DNA of 64,000 bases from an uncultured Thermoleophilia bacterium (GTDB lineage: Bacteria > Actinomycetota > Thermoleophilia > Gaiellales > Gaiellaceae). The DNA lies in assembly GCA_963839815.1 (NCBI GenBank), contig CAWIWF010000005.1, forward strand, positions 30,045 to 94,044. The letters are read 5' to 3'. How positions within the stretch are numbered: position 1 is the stretch's first letter; each line of letters opens with the position of its first letter. Made by a program: the position numbers and the translations under genes. Shown piece after piece: positions 8,851-18,493 of the stretch. The notes beneath the pieces were generated by a model that searched no databases, had not been told where the DNA came from, and worked only from the letters and a program-made list of their open reading frames with translations.

Positions 8851-10113
8851 TCAGTCCAGCAGGCGCTCGAAGCGCTCGGCGTCGTCGAACGGGCCGATCA
8901 GCGCCAGCCGCAGGCCGCGGTTCTCGATCACCTCGGTCGCGACGCGCTGGATGTCCTCGGCGGTGACCGCGTCGAGCCCGGCGAGCACGTCCTCGGGCTC
9001 GGCGGCACGACCCTCGAGCACCTCCCGCCGCAACCCGAACATGATCGTCCCGTGCGGGCTTTCGATCTGCAGCACGAAGCGCCCCTTGGCGAAGTTGCGC
9101 GCCTTCTCGAGCTCCTGGGCCGGCACGGGCTCCCCCGCCATGCGCCGCAGCTCGTTCACGATCGTGCCGACGGCGTCGTCGATGCGGTTGATGTCGACGC
9201 CGGCCTGCGCGTACAGCGAGCCCGCGTCGGTGTACCCGTGGCTGGTGGCAAAGACGTAGTAGCCGAGGCCGCGCCGCTCGCGCACCTCGGTGAAGAGGCG
9301 TGAGGACATCCCGCCGCCGAGCACCGTCGCAAGCAGCATGAGCACGTAGCGGTCGGGGTGGGTGAGCGGGTAGCTGGGGGCGCCGAGGATCAGGTGCGCC
9401 TGGTCCGAGTCCTTCGAGTGCACCCTGACGCTGCCGTTCCGATGCGAGCTGACAGGCGCGGGCGCCGCGTCGGCGTCCGTGTCCTGCAGGTCGCCGAGCA
9501 GTTCGCCGAGCCGGTCTGTCAGGCCCTCGCCGATCCGCCCGCCGAGCCCGACCACGATGCGCGACGGCTGGTACCAGCGACCCAGGTAGTCCGTGAAGGT
9601 GTCGCGCGTGGCGGCGCGCACGGTCTCCTTGCGGCCGATGATGTCCCAGCCGAGCGGCTGGTCGCCGTAGAGCAGCGACTCGTAGACGCCGCCGATGTAG
9701 TCCCGCGGGGTGTCGAAGTACATGTTCATCTCCTCGACGATGACGCCCTTCTCGCGGTCGATCTCCTCGGCGTCGAACTTCGAGTTGCGGATCATGTCCA
9801 CGAGCACGTCGAGCGCCACGTCGCGGTGATCGGCGGCGCACTTGACGTAGTACCCCGTGTACTCCTTGCTCGTGAAGGCATTGAACTCGCCGCCGATCGA
9901 GTCGATCTCGCCGGCGATGTGACGGGCGGTCGGGCGCCGCTCGGTGCCCTTGAAGAACATGTGCTCCGCGAAGTGTGCGATCCCGCTCGAGTCCTTCGTC
10001 TCGTAGCGCGACCCCGCGGCGAACATGAGGAAGCAGGACACCGACTGCGCGTGCGGCATGGGCGCCGTCAGCACGCGGATGCCGTTCGGCAGGGTCTGGC
10101 GCTCGAAGGTCAC
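8851..10113 (-). CDS. M16 (pitrilysin/insulinase) family zinc peptidase
   Basis: 420 aa. The inverted zinc motif HxxEH is present in GIAHFAEHMFFKGTERR. The layout is typical of M16. Confidence 0.9.
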   Translation of the reverse strand: MTFERQTLPNGIRVLTAPMPHAQSVSCFLMFAAGSRYETKDSSGIAHFAEHMFFKGTERRPTARHIAGEIDSIGGEFNAFTSKEYTGYYVKCAADHRDVALDVLVDMIRNSKFDAEEIDREKGVIVEEMNMYFDTPRDYIGGVYESLLYGDQPLGWDIIGRKETVRAATRDTFTDYLGRWYQPSRIVVGLGGRIGEGLTDRLGELLGDLQDTDADAAPAPVSSHRNGSVRVHSKDSDQAHLILGAPSYPLTHPDRYVLMLLATVLGGGMSSRLFTEVRERRGLGYYVFATSHGYTDAGSLYAQAGVDINRIDDAVGTIVNELRRMAGEPVPAQELEKARNFAKGRFVLQIESPHGTIMFGLRREVLEGRAAEPEDVLAGLDAVTAEDIQRVATEVIENRGLRLALIGPFDDAERFERLLD

Positions 10114-10520
10114 GCGGCCACCTGGAGCGCGTCGCGCCAGCGGTCGGGGACGGGAACGGACCGGTTGCGGCGGTAGTCGTAGGCGACGAGCACGGTGCCG
10201 GCCTCGGCGATGCGCCGGCCGTCCTGCTCGAGCGCGTAGTCGAGCTCGAAGCTCTTCGTCCCCACGGGACCCGGGCGGACGCCGATCTCGACCTCGCCGG
10301 CAGGCTGGCCGGGCGCCCGGAAGTCGATCTCGAGCCGGGCGAGGATCATGCTCTCCTCGGAGGCGTCGTACACGGACGTGTCCAGCACGCCGAGCGACGC
10401 GAGGTACTCGACCCTGGCCTGCTCGACGTAGGTCGCGATGACGGCGTTGTTGACGTGACCGAGCGCGTCCAGGTCGCGGAAGCGAACGCGCTCGCGGTGC
10501 ACGAAGGGGTAGCCGTCCAC
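10110..10520 (-). CDS. acyl-CoA thioesterase, 4HBT/YbgC-like hotdog fold
   Basis: 136 aa. The N-terminus HRERVRFRDLDALGHVNNAVIATYVEQARVEYL is the YbgC-type signature. There is a 4-nt overlap with the downstream M16 gene. Confidence 0.85.
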   Translation of the reverse strand: MDGYPFVHRERVRFRDLDALGHVNNAVIATYVEQARVEYLASLGVLDTSVYDASEESMILARLEIDFRAPGQPAGEVEIGVRPGPVGTKSFELDYALEQDGRRIAEAGTVLVAYDYRRNRSVPVPDRWRDALQVAA

Positions 10521-10530
10521 ACGGGCGATC

Positions 10531-10848
10531 CTAGTGGGGGCGGTCGGCCAGGCGCCAGACGAAGCGCACCGCCTGCCAGCGCTCGTCGATCGCGCAGGAC
10601 TTGTTGTCGACCAGCCCGGCGTCGAGGCCGATCGCCTGGACGGCGGCGAAGTCGAGGTCGGTCTCGATCCCGGAGCGCTTCGTGGGCCACGCGATCCAGA
10701 GCCCGTCGGCGGGCGCGAGCGTCTCCCGGAGCGCGGCGAAGCGCCGCTCGAGCTGCTCGCGCCGCGTGGTGAAGAGGACGACCACCTCGGTGCCGGGCTT
10801 CGCCCCCAGCTTCTGCGACAGCGGCGTAGCTCCCGTCGCGGGGCTCAC
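10531..10848 (-). CDS. DUF3052-like small protein
   Basis: The conserved part is PLSQKLGAKPGTEVVVLFTTRREQLERRF...LWIAWPTKRSGIETD. The GTG at 10848 forms a GTGA overlap with the stop of the upstream epimerase gene. The longer ORF to 11139 is rejected. Confidence 0.65.
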   Translation of the reverse strand: MSPATGATPLSQKLGAKPGTEVVVLFTTRREQLERRFAALRETLAPADGLWIAWPTKRSGIETDLDFAAVQAIGLDAGLVDNKSCAIDERWQAVRFVWRLADRPH

Positions 10849-11855
10849 GCCGGCGAGCCGGCGTGCCAGGCTGCGAGCAGCTCGGACTCGCGCTCTGGGC
10901 TGAGGCCGACAGCACGCTCGTCGTCCGTCGGGCGCGTGGGGGTGTCCGTCGTCGCGGCCCAGGCGAGTGTGTCGCGCACCGTGTCGTCGAGCGGCCGGAA
11001 GCGGAGGCCCGCGTCGATCGCCCGCGACACGTCGGCTTCCTGCATCGAGCGCCACTCGGAAGGGACTTCGGCGATCCAGAGCGGCAGCTCCATCCACTGA
11101 CCGACGCCGCGCTCGAGCAGGAAGGTGTCGTCGACCCACGTGATCTGCGCGCTCGTGTCGGTGGCTCGCAGGCAGCTGTTGACGACATCCGCGAACGGAC
11201 GCGGCGGGGCCGAGGCGTTGAAGGTCCCGGCGATGCGCCTCTCGGCGAGCGTCACGAGCCAGTCGCCGAGGTCGCGGGCGTCCACGAACTGGACAGGCCG
11301 CTCGGGGCGCCCGGGCGCGAGCACCTCACCGCCGCGGGCGATGCGCTGCGGCCAGTAGGTGAAGCGTCCGCTGGGGTCGTGCGGGCCGACGAGGAGACCT
11401 GCGCGGACGTTCGCCGACCGGCCGGCGAACACGTCGTCGACCACGCGCTCGCAGGCCGCCTTGAGACCGCCGTAATTGGCCGCCACGTCCTCCGTCGCCG
11501 GATCCTCGAGCTCGATCACGGGGCTGTCCTCGCCGAAGCCGGGCCGGTCGAACGAGCGGTAGACGGAGACGCTCGACACGAACGTGAGGTGCTCCGCCGC
11601 GTCGGCAAGGAGCTCGGTGGAGTCGCGCACGACGCGGGGGACGTAGCCGGAGGGGTCGAGCACCGCGTCCCAGCCTCGCCTGCGCAGCGCGTCGAGCCCT
11701 CCGTCCCGGTCGCCCTGCAGCCGCTCGACGCCCGGGAGCACGTCGGGTGCCGTGCGTCCGCGGTTGAAGAGCGTCACTTCGTGGCCGCGCGCGAGGGCAG
11801 CCTCGGCCGCCGCCCGGCCGAGGAAGATCGTGCCGCCGAGGATCAGCAGCTTCAC
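10845..11855 (-). CDS. NAD-dependent epimerase/dehydratase (SDR superfamily)
   Basis: 336 aa with a Rossmann N-terminus MKLLILGGTIFLGRAAAEAALARGHEVTLFNRG. Confidence 0.85.
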   Translation of the reverse strand: MKLLILGGTIFLGRAAAEAALARGHEVTLFNRGRTAPDVLPGVERLQGDRDGGLDALRRRGWDAVLDPSGYVPRVVRDSTELLADAAEHLTFVSSVSVYRSFDRPGFGEDSPVIELEDPATEDVAANYGGLKAACERVVDDVFAGRSANVRAGLLVGPHDPSGRFTYWPQRIARGGEVLAPGRPERPVQFVDARDLGDWLVTLAERRIAGTFNASAPPRPFADVVNSCLRATDTSAQITWVDDTFLLERGVGQWMELPLWIAEVPSEWRSMQEADVSRAIDAGLRFRPLDDTVRDTLAWAATTDTPTRPTDDERAVGLSPERESELLAAWHAGSPA

Positions 11856-13018
11856 AGGCGCGCGAGTGCTGCCAGCAGCCGATCAACCTCGTCCGGCGTG
11901 TGGTAGTGGACGAGGCCGGTGCGGACGAGGCCGTCGGGGAGGCCGAGTGCCCGTGTGAGCTCCGGCGCGTAGAAGTCGCCGTGCCCGACCGCCAGTCCTT
12001 GGCTCCCGAGCGTGGCGGCGACTTCGGCAGGCGTCCTGCCCGCGACGGTGAAGGCGAAGGTGGAGACGCGGCCCGCCATCGTCGGCGGCCCATAGAGCCG
12101 GCAGCTGGACGGCAGCCCGGCAAGGAAGCGTTCGCCGAGGCCGTGCTCGGCGGCCGCGATCGCCTCCCAGCCGACCGACTCGACGTACTCGACGGCGGCG
12201 ACGAAGCCGGCGAGGAGCTCATGCTGCTGCGTCCCGGTCTCGAGCCGGCGGCCCGGGGGCTCGTCGGCGGCCGGCCGCACCTTGTATGGGCGCAGCCGTG
12301 CGACCAGATCAGCCTGGACGAACGCGAGGCCGAGGTGGGGGCCGTAGAACTTGTAGGGCGAGCAGAGGAGCACGTCGGCGCCGAGCGCCCCGACGTCGAT
12401 CGGGACGTGTGGAGCTGCGTGCACGGCGTCGATCCACGAGAGCGCGCCCGCCTCGTGGGCGAGCTCGGACACGCGGGCGCCGTCCGTGAGCGTGCCGGCG
12501 ACGTTCGACGCGAGCGGGAACGCGACCACGCGCGTCCGCGGCGTGAGCTGGCGCCGCAGGTCGTCGAGGTCGAGCCGGCACTCCTCGTCGATCGCGGCGA
12601 ACCGCACCTCGAGCCCGAGGTCGCTCGCTAGCTGGAGCCAGGGGGCGACGTTGGCGTCGTGGTCGAGTCGCGTGACGACGATCTCGTCGCCGGAGGCGAG
12701 CTCGCGGCCGAGGGTGCGGGTCAGGGAGAAGTTGAGCGTCGTCATGTTGGCGCCGAAGGCCGTCTCGCCGGGCGAGCAGCCGAGGAAGCGTGCGGCCGTC
12801 GTGTGCGCACGCTCGATCAGCGCGTTCGTGCGCCGGGTCGTCTCGAAGTCACCGTGCGGGCTGGTGTTGGCGTTGTCCGTGCGGAGGTAGCCGGCGATCG
12901 CATCGATCACCTCGTCCGGCACCTGCGTCCCGCTGGGCGCGTCGAAGAGGGCGAGCTGCCGGTCGAGCGAGCTGAAGCGCGCCCGTGTCCGCTCGACGTC
13001 GAGTGCCGTGACCGTCAT
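11852..13018 (-). CDS. class V aminotransferase-fold PLP enzyme (cysteine desulfurase-like)
   Basis: The protein-like part starts at MTVTALDVERTRARFSSLDRQLALFDAPSGTQVPDEVIDAIAGYL. The ATG at 13018 forms an ATGA overlap with the OsmC stop. The 5' extension of the 491-aa ORF is non-coding-like. Confidence 0.85.
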   Translation of the reverse strand: MTVTALDVERTRARFSSLDRQLALFDAPSGTQVPDEVIDAIAGYLRTDNANTSPHGDFETTRRTNALIERAHTTAARFLGCSPGETAFGANMTTLNFSLTRTLGRELASGDEIVVTRLDHDANVAPWLQLASDLGLEVRFAAIDEECRLDLDDLRRQLTPRTRVVAFPLASNVAGTLTDGARVSELAHEAGALSWIDAVHAAPHVPIDVGALGADVLLCSPYKFYGPHLGLAFVQADLVARLRPYKVRPAADEPPGRRLETGTQQHELLAGFVAAVEYVESVGWEAIAAAEHGLGERFLAGLPSSCRLYGPPTMAGRVSTFAFTVAGRTPAEVAATLGSQGLAVGHGDFYAPELTRALGLPDGLVRTGLVHYHTPDEVDRLLAALARL

Positions 13019-13419
13019 CGGACGTCCACACCGTTGACGCGCCAGTGGTAGGCGGGCTCGGGGTGGAGCGAGGCGCCGACGAAGCAGCCTCGCTCGGCAC
13101 GGTCGAGCAGGGCCATCAGCGCGTCGCCGTCCGGCGCGGGCTGCAGCGAGATGCCGAGAGTGCAGTCGATCTCGACGAAGCCCCAGCTGCCGTCCTCGCG
13201 GCGGTCGATCGACCCGGTGGCGGTCACGGTGCCGCCGACCTCGAGCGATGCACGGCTCGCGTGGTGCTCGAGCGAGGCCAGCGAGCAGCGTCCGAGCGCT
13301 GCGAGGACGAGGTGCTCCGGCGTCCACGAGCCCGGGAGCTCGAGCCCGGCGTCGCGCTCGGTCGCGAGGGTGCCGTCGGCGGCGAGCTCGACGCGGTAGT
13401 CGGTGGGCGGGCGTGCCAT
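13015..13419 (-). CDS. OsmC/Ohr family protein
   Basis: 134 aa with PEHLVLAALGRCSLASLEHH...RAERGCFVGASL, showing the two conserved Cys of OsmC-like proteins. Confidence 0.85.
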   Translation of the reverse strand: MARPPTDYRVELAADGTLATERDAGLELPGSWTPEHLVLAALGRCSLASLEHHASRASLEVGGTVTATGSIDRREDGSWGFVEIDCTLGISLQPAPDGDALMALLDRAERGCFVGASLHPEPAYHWRVNGVDVR

Positions 13420-13476
13420 CGCGCGAACGCTACCGCGCTGTTGCGCGCGTGGCCCGAGCCGAATACCGTACGCGCC

Positions 13477-13683
13477 GTGACCGACAGGCTCCGGGCGCTG
13501 AGCGAGGCCGAGGCATATGCGCGGTGTTACGGGGGCGGCAGTTTCGACGTGAAGGTCGTCAAGGTGCCCCGCCGTCCCCGGTATGACCTCGACGTGTCGG
13601 GCGAGGACCTCCGCAAGGCTTTCGAGGCGCGCCTGGACGACCGCGAGCCGGAGCTGCCGGCGGGCGAGTCCGAGGCCGCCTGA
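13477..13683 (+). CDS. small hypothetical protein
   Basis: In-frame GTG at 13477. The 68-aa product VTDRLRALSEAEAYARCYGGGSFDVKVVKVPRRPRYDLDVSGEDLRKAFEARL has balanced composition. A hairpin follows. No homology recognised. Confidence 0.35.
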   Translation: MTDRLRALSEAEAYARCYGGGSFDVKVVKVPRRPRYDLDVSGEDLRKAFEARLDDREPELPAGESEAA

Positions 13684-13712
13684 CGCGTCCAGAGCGCGCT
13701 CGCGGGAGGCGT

Positions 13713-13729
13713 CCCGGCGGGGCGCCGGG
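13713..13729 (+). terminator. short GC hairpin downstream of the small ORF
   Basis: CCCGGCG-ggg-CGCCGGG (7-bp stem) lies 30 nt after the stop at 13683. There is no U-tract. Confidence 0.3.
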
Positions 13730-13811
13730 CCTCAATGAACCACGGGCGCGCGCGCGTGGGGCACCCCAGCCCACCACCCACCGCGAGCGTAACGGCGGGG
13801 TACGCACGCGT

Positions 13812-14819
13812 GTGACGCAGAACCGTGCCGAGATCGTGTCGTGTGCCGTTCCGGACGTCCTCGCCCCGGGGCTGCGGATCGTCTTCTGCGGGATCAACCC
13901 GGGCCGTGCGTCCGCCGCGGCGGGGGCGCACTTCGCCAACCCGCGCAACGACTTCTGGCGGCTGCTGCACGCCTCGGGGCTGACTCCGCGCCTGCTCGAG
14001 CCGCGCGACCAGCACGAACTGCCGGCGCTTGGCCTCGGCCTGACGAACGCGGCCCGGCGGACGACGCGCGGGTCATCCGAGCTGCGTCGCGCGGACTTCG
14101 CGGGCGCAGAGGAGCGCCTCGCAGAGCTGGCCGCCGAGCTCGTTCCGGCCTGGATCGCCTTCGTCGGCAAGGAGGCCTACCGCGGCGCGTTCGGCGAGCG
14201 GCCGGAGCTCGGCCTGCAGCAGCGGCGCCTGCGGCCGGCCCACCTCTTCGTCCTCCCGTCGACGTCCCCGGCCAATGCGGCCGTGCCCTGGCGCGATCGC
14301 CTCCGCTGGTTCGCCGAGCTCGCGCACCTGAGCACGCCCGTGGCCCGGCCCGGCTGCCGCGCTCTGCTGATCGACGGAGCGGGCCGGGTCTTCCTCCACC
14401 GGTTCGTCGGCCCCCGCGACCCCGGTGTCTGGGTTACTCCGGGGGGCGCGGCGGAGGCGGGAGAGACGCCCGAGCAGACGCTGCGGCGCGAGCTGCGCGA
14501 GGAGCTTCGCCTGGGCGAGTTTGAGCTCGGCCCGTGGATCTGGCGGCGGCGGCACCTCTGGTACTGGCCCCGGTTCGGGCAGACGACCGACACGCGCGAG
14601 CTCTTCGCGCTGGTGCGTGTCCCCGACCGGGGCGTCGTCCAGCCGACGGAGCACGACTCGCTCCTCGCAGGCCCCGACACCGTCGAGGAGCATCGCTGGT
14701 GGAGCGTCGACGAGATCCTGGCGTCCTCGGACGAGTTCGCGCCTCGACGGCTCGGCCGCCTGCTCGGCGACCTTCTCCGGGGCGACCTGCCGACGAGCCC
14801 GGTCGACGTCGGCGTCTGA
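13812..14819 (+). CDS. G/U mismatch-specific DNA glycosylase (Mug/TDG, UDG family 2) fused to a NUDIX hydrolase domain
   Basis: The N-terminal half has the Mug signature FCGINPGRASA and, later, LPSTSPANA. The C-terminal half has a NUDIX box GAAEAGETPEQTLRRELREELRL. Confidence 0.85.
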   Translation: MTQNRAEIVSCAVPDVLAPGLRIVFCGINPGRASAAAGAHFANPRNDFWRLLHASGLTPRLLEPRDQHELPALGLGLTNAARRTTRGSSELRRADFAGAEERLAELAAELVPAWIAFVGKEAYRGAFGERPELGLQQRRLRPAHLFVLPSTSPANAAVPWRDRLRWFAELAHLSTPVARPGCRALLIDGAGRVFLHRFVGPRDPGVWVTPGGAAEAGETPEQTLRRELREELRLGEFELGPWIWRRRHLWYWPRFGQTTDTRELFALVRVPDRGVVQPTEHDSLLAGPDTVEEHRWWSVDEILASSDEFAPRRLGRLLGDLLRGDLPTSPVDVGV

Positions 14820-14820
14820 G

Positions 14821-16537
14821 TCAGCCGCGCCAGTGGTTCGTGATCGGTACGCGACGGTCGCGGCCGAACGCCTTCGGGTGCAGCTTGACGCCGGGCGGTG
14901 CCTGACGCCGCTTGTACTCGGCCCGGTCCACCATCGCCACCGCCCGCTGGACGGCATCGGGGTCGAAGCCGTCCTGGGACAGGTCGGCGCGGGAGCGGTC
15001 GAGCTCGATGTAGGCGCGCAGCACGCGATCGAGCTCGTCGTAGGGCGGCAAGGAGTCCTCGTCGCGCTGGTCGGGCCGAAGCTCGGCCGAGGGTGCGCGC
15101 TCGATGATCGAGACGGGCACGAGCTCGCGCCCTGCTCGGTCGTTGAGGTGCCGCGCGAGGCGGAAGACGTCGGTCTTGTAGACGTCCTTGAGCAGCGCGA
15201 ACCCGCCCGCCATGTCGCCGTAGAGCGTCGCGTAGCCGACCGAGAGCTCCGACTTGTTGCCCGTGGCGACGAGCAGCCAGCCGAACTTGTTCGACAGCGC
15301 CATCAGCAGCACGCCGCGGGCGCGGGCCTGGATGTTCTCCTCGGTGAGATCGGCCTCTCGCCCCGTGAACACGGCCGAGAGCGCTGCCTCGACAGCCCCC
15401 ACGATCCCGTCGATCGGCAGCTCGAGGAACGGGCAGCCGAGCGACTCGGCGAGGCGCCGCGCGTCCCGCTGCGTCTCCGCCGAGCTGTAGCGCGAGGGCA
15501 TCGACACGCAATGCACACTCTCCGGCCCCAGAGCCTCGGCGGCGAGCGCGGCAGTGACGGCGGAGTCGATACCCCCGGAGACGCCGACGACGACGTCGGT
15601 GAACCCGTTCTTGCGCACGTAGTCGCCGAGACCGAGCTCGAGCGCCAGGCGCGTCTGCTCGAGCTCGTCGACGAGCGGCGCGATCTCGCCAGGAGCAGAG
15701 GAGCCGTCTGCCTCACGCGGAGCGCCGATGTGCACCACGGCCACCTCAGCTGGGTCGCGCTCGCTCGCCAGCGCGCGCCGGCGGACGTCGCGCAGCCGCC
15801 GCGCCACAGCGCCGCGCGGGTCGACGTCGACGACGAGCAACGCCTCCTCGAATCCCGGTGCGCGGGCCAGGATCTGGCCGTCGTCGTCGAGGACGAGCGA
15901 GTGCCCGTCGAAGACGAGCTCGTCCTGTGCGCCGACGGCGTTGCAGAACGCGATGAAGCAGGCGTTGTCCCGCGCGCGCGTCTTGAGCATCTCCTCGCGC
16001 TCGCGCTCCTTGCCGACGTGGAACGGCGAGGCGGAGATGTTCGTGACGAGCTGGGCTCCGGCCAGCGCGAGGTCGGTCGCCGGCGGGCCGGGCTGCCAGA
16101 TGTCCTCACAGACCGTCGGGCCGAGCAGGACGTCGCCGTGCTGGAGCAGCAGGAGGTCGCGCCCGGGGGCGAAGTAGCGGGCCTCGTCGAAGACGCCGTA
16201 GTTCGGCAGGAAGCGCTTGCGGTAGACGGCGCGCACCTCGCCGGCGACGCAGACGGCGCACGCGTTAGAGAGGTCGCGGTCGAAGAGCGGCGCGCCGACG
16301 AGGGCGGCGATCCCGCGGCACGCGCGAGCGATCTCCTCGAGCGACTCCTCGCGCCGCGCGAACGAAGCCGGGGCGGAGGAGGAGATCCTCGGGCGGGTAG
16401 CCGGTGACGGCGAGCTCCGGGAAGAGCACGAGGTCGGCGCCGGCCGCCCGGGCCTCGTCGATCCGCTCGAGAATGCGCGCGCGATTGCCGGCGAGGTCGC
16501 CGACGACGGTGTTGATCTGTGCGAGTGCGAGCCTCAT
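14821..16537 (-). pseudogene. nadE: glutamine-dependent NAD+ synthetase, apparent frameshift near 16348-16353 (or sequencing error)
   Basis: The N-terminal nitrilase part [18 protein letters not shown]...[18 protein letters not shown] is in one frame. It continues as [56 protein letters not shown] in the frame of ORF 14821..16236, which carries the synthetase motif VGVSGGIDSAV. Confidence 0.85.
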
Positions 16538-16598
16538 AGGTTTTCGCCTCTCAGTCGAAAACTGTAGCGCAGCGCCGGCGTGCGGCACGATACGGGCC

Positions 16599-17306
16599 GT
16601 GGACGAGCTGGTCATCGCGCGCCGGTTCCGTGGCCCGTCCGGGTCCGGAAACGGCGGCTACACGTGCGGCGTGGTGGCGGCCTTCGTGGACGCCCCCGGC
16701 GTGGAGGTGACCCTGCGCGTGCCACCGCCGCTCGACCGCGCCCTGACCGTCGAGCGAGCCGGCCCCTCCGTGAAGGTCACGGACGGCACCACCCTCGTCG
16801 CCGAGGCGGAGCCGGCGAGCGTGGAGCTCGCGCCGCCGCGCGCCGTCTCCGTGGGCGATGCGCGGGGGGCCGAGGGGCGCTACGTCGGCGCGGAGAGGCA
16901 TCCGTTCCCGGAGTGCTTCGTCTGCGGGCCGGCCCGCGACGAGGCCGACGCGCTGCGCCTGCGGCCCGGGCGCGTGGGGGAGGAGCGGCTCGTCGCGGCG
17001 AACTGGGTGCCGGACGCGTCGCTCGCGGACCGCAGCGGCGTCGTCGAGCCGCACTTCGTCTGGGCGGCGCTCGACTGCCCGGGCGCCTTCGCGGTCGAGC
17101 TCGTCGGCCGTGGTACCCGCGTGCTCGGGCGCCTGGCGGCCCGGATCGACCGGCTGCCCCGGGCGGGCGAGCAGACGATCGTTGTCGGCTGGCCGCTCGG
17201 CGGCGAGGGCAGGCGGCAGGAGGCAGGCACGGCGCTGCTCTCGGGCGACGGTGACGTGCTCGCCGTGGCCCGAGCGGTCTGGATCGAGCCGCGACCGCAG
17301 CCCTAG
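16599..17306 (+). CDS. hotdog-fold thioesterase-like protein
   Basis: The protein-like part begins at [24 protein letters not shown] with GTG at 16599. It contains [11 protein letters not shown] and WAALDCPG. The upstream part of the ORF is antisense to nadE. Confidence 0.6.
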   Translation: MDELVIARRFRGPSGSGNGGYTCGVVAAFVDAPGVEVTLRVPPPLDRALTVERAGPSVKVTDGTTLVAEAEPASVELAPPRAVSVGDARGAEGRYVGAERHPFPECFVCGPARDEADALRLRPGRVGEERLVAANWVPDASLADRSGVVEPHFVWAALDCPGAFAVELVGRGTRVLGRLAARIDRLPRAGEQTIVVGWPLGGEGRRQEAGTALLSGDGDVLAVARAVWIEPRPQP

Positions 17307-18068
17307 CGCTGCAGGCGGATCGCGTTCAGGTCGCGCTCGCGGATCTCGTCGGCGCGGCGGATGAGATCCTCGATGTCGTCGTGCTCGGCGTGGAGGTAGC
17401 GCCCCGCGAGCGCGTCGGCCCGCCCGCCTGCGAGCGCGCGCACGAGCTGCGGGGCGAGCTCCGGCGGCGTCCACGGAGCGTCGTCCGAGAACCGGTCGTC
17501 CGTCATCTCCGTCCGGACGAGACCGGGGCTGAAGGTGAAGACCGGGATCCCGTGGCCCGCCAGTTGGCCGGCAGAGCGTCTCGCCGAAGCGGTAGAGGGC
17601 GGCCTTGCTCGCGCTGTAGGCGGTCGAGCCGCCCCCCGGCAGGTAGCCGGAGCCGCTGCCGGTGTTGACGATGCGGCCGCGGCCCCGCTCGATCATCCCC
17701 GGGATGACGGCGCGGCAGCACAGGTAGGCGCCGAGCACGTTGACCTCGAACACGTGCCACCAGTCGCCAGCGTCGACCTCCCAGGCGGCCTGCTCCCACA
17801 ACGCAACCCCTGCGTTGTTGACGAGCAGGTCGATCGGCCCGAGCTCCTCCTCGACCCGCGAGACCATCTGCTCGACGTCCGCCTGCTGCGACACGTCGGC
17901 GGTTACGGCGAGGCCACCGATCTCGTCTGCGATCTCCTTCACCTGACTCTCGGTGCGCGCCGAGACCGCAACCCGCATGCCGCCTGCGGTCAGCTCGCGC
18001 GCGATGCCCGCGCCGATGCCGCGGCCGCCGCCGGTGACGAGTGCGATCTGTCCCTCGAGCTCGGCCAT
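17303..18068 (-). pseudogene. SDR-family oxidoreductase, apparent frameshift near 17565-17575 (or sequencing error)
   Basis: MAELEGQIALVTGGGRGIGAGIA...NNAG...YSASKAALYRFGETL is in one frame. It continues as GQLAGHGIPVFTFSPGLVRTEMTDDRFSDDAPW in the frame of ORF 17303..17506. Confidence 0.8.
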
Positions 18069-18487
18069 CAGTTGTCGCAGTATCCCTGGTCCCACGTTCG
18101 CTCTGGGTGGTGGTTTCGCAGGTCGACGCCGTGGTCGCAGGCCGCCTTGAGGCTCATGAGCACGGACACCCAGCCGGCGTTGACCTCGATGTGCGAGTCG
18201 TCGGGCACCTCCTGTGTCAGCGTCAGCTCGGTGCCGCCGCTGCCGTCCGGCTCCAGCGCGAACGCCGCAGGCGTGCCGAAGTAGTCGACGGCGAGGCGCC
18301 GGCCAGGCTCCCGCTCGAGCACATCGGCGTCCCACGCCTGGCCGTTCGGGAAGCGGAACGCGATCCGGCCGTCGCGTTCGACCGCCTCCTCTGCCCAGAA
18401 GCGCGCGCGGCCGTCGTCGGTGGCGAGCAGCTCCCAGACCTGCACGGGCGGAGACGCAAAGTGCACGCGCCAGCGAACGTCCGGCAC
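18068..18487 (-). CDS. SRPBCC / Aha1-domain family protein
   Basis: 139 aa with VHFASPPVQVWELLATDDGRARFW...NAGWVSVLMSLKAACDHG, typical of the AHSA1/START-like family. The stop overlaps the SDR start by 1 nt. Confidence 0.8.
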   Translation of the reverse strand: MPDVRWRVHFASPPVQVWELLATDDGRARFWAEEAVERDGRIAFRFPNGQAWDADVLEREPGRRLAVDYFGTPAAFALEPDGSGGTELTLTQEVPDDSHIEVNAGWVSVLMSLKAACDHGVDLRNHHPERTWDQGYCDN

Positions 18488-18493
18488 CAGAAC

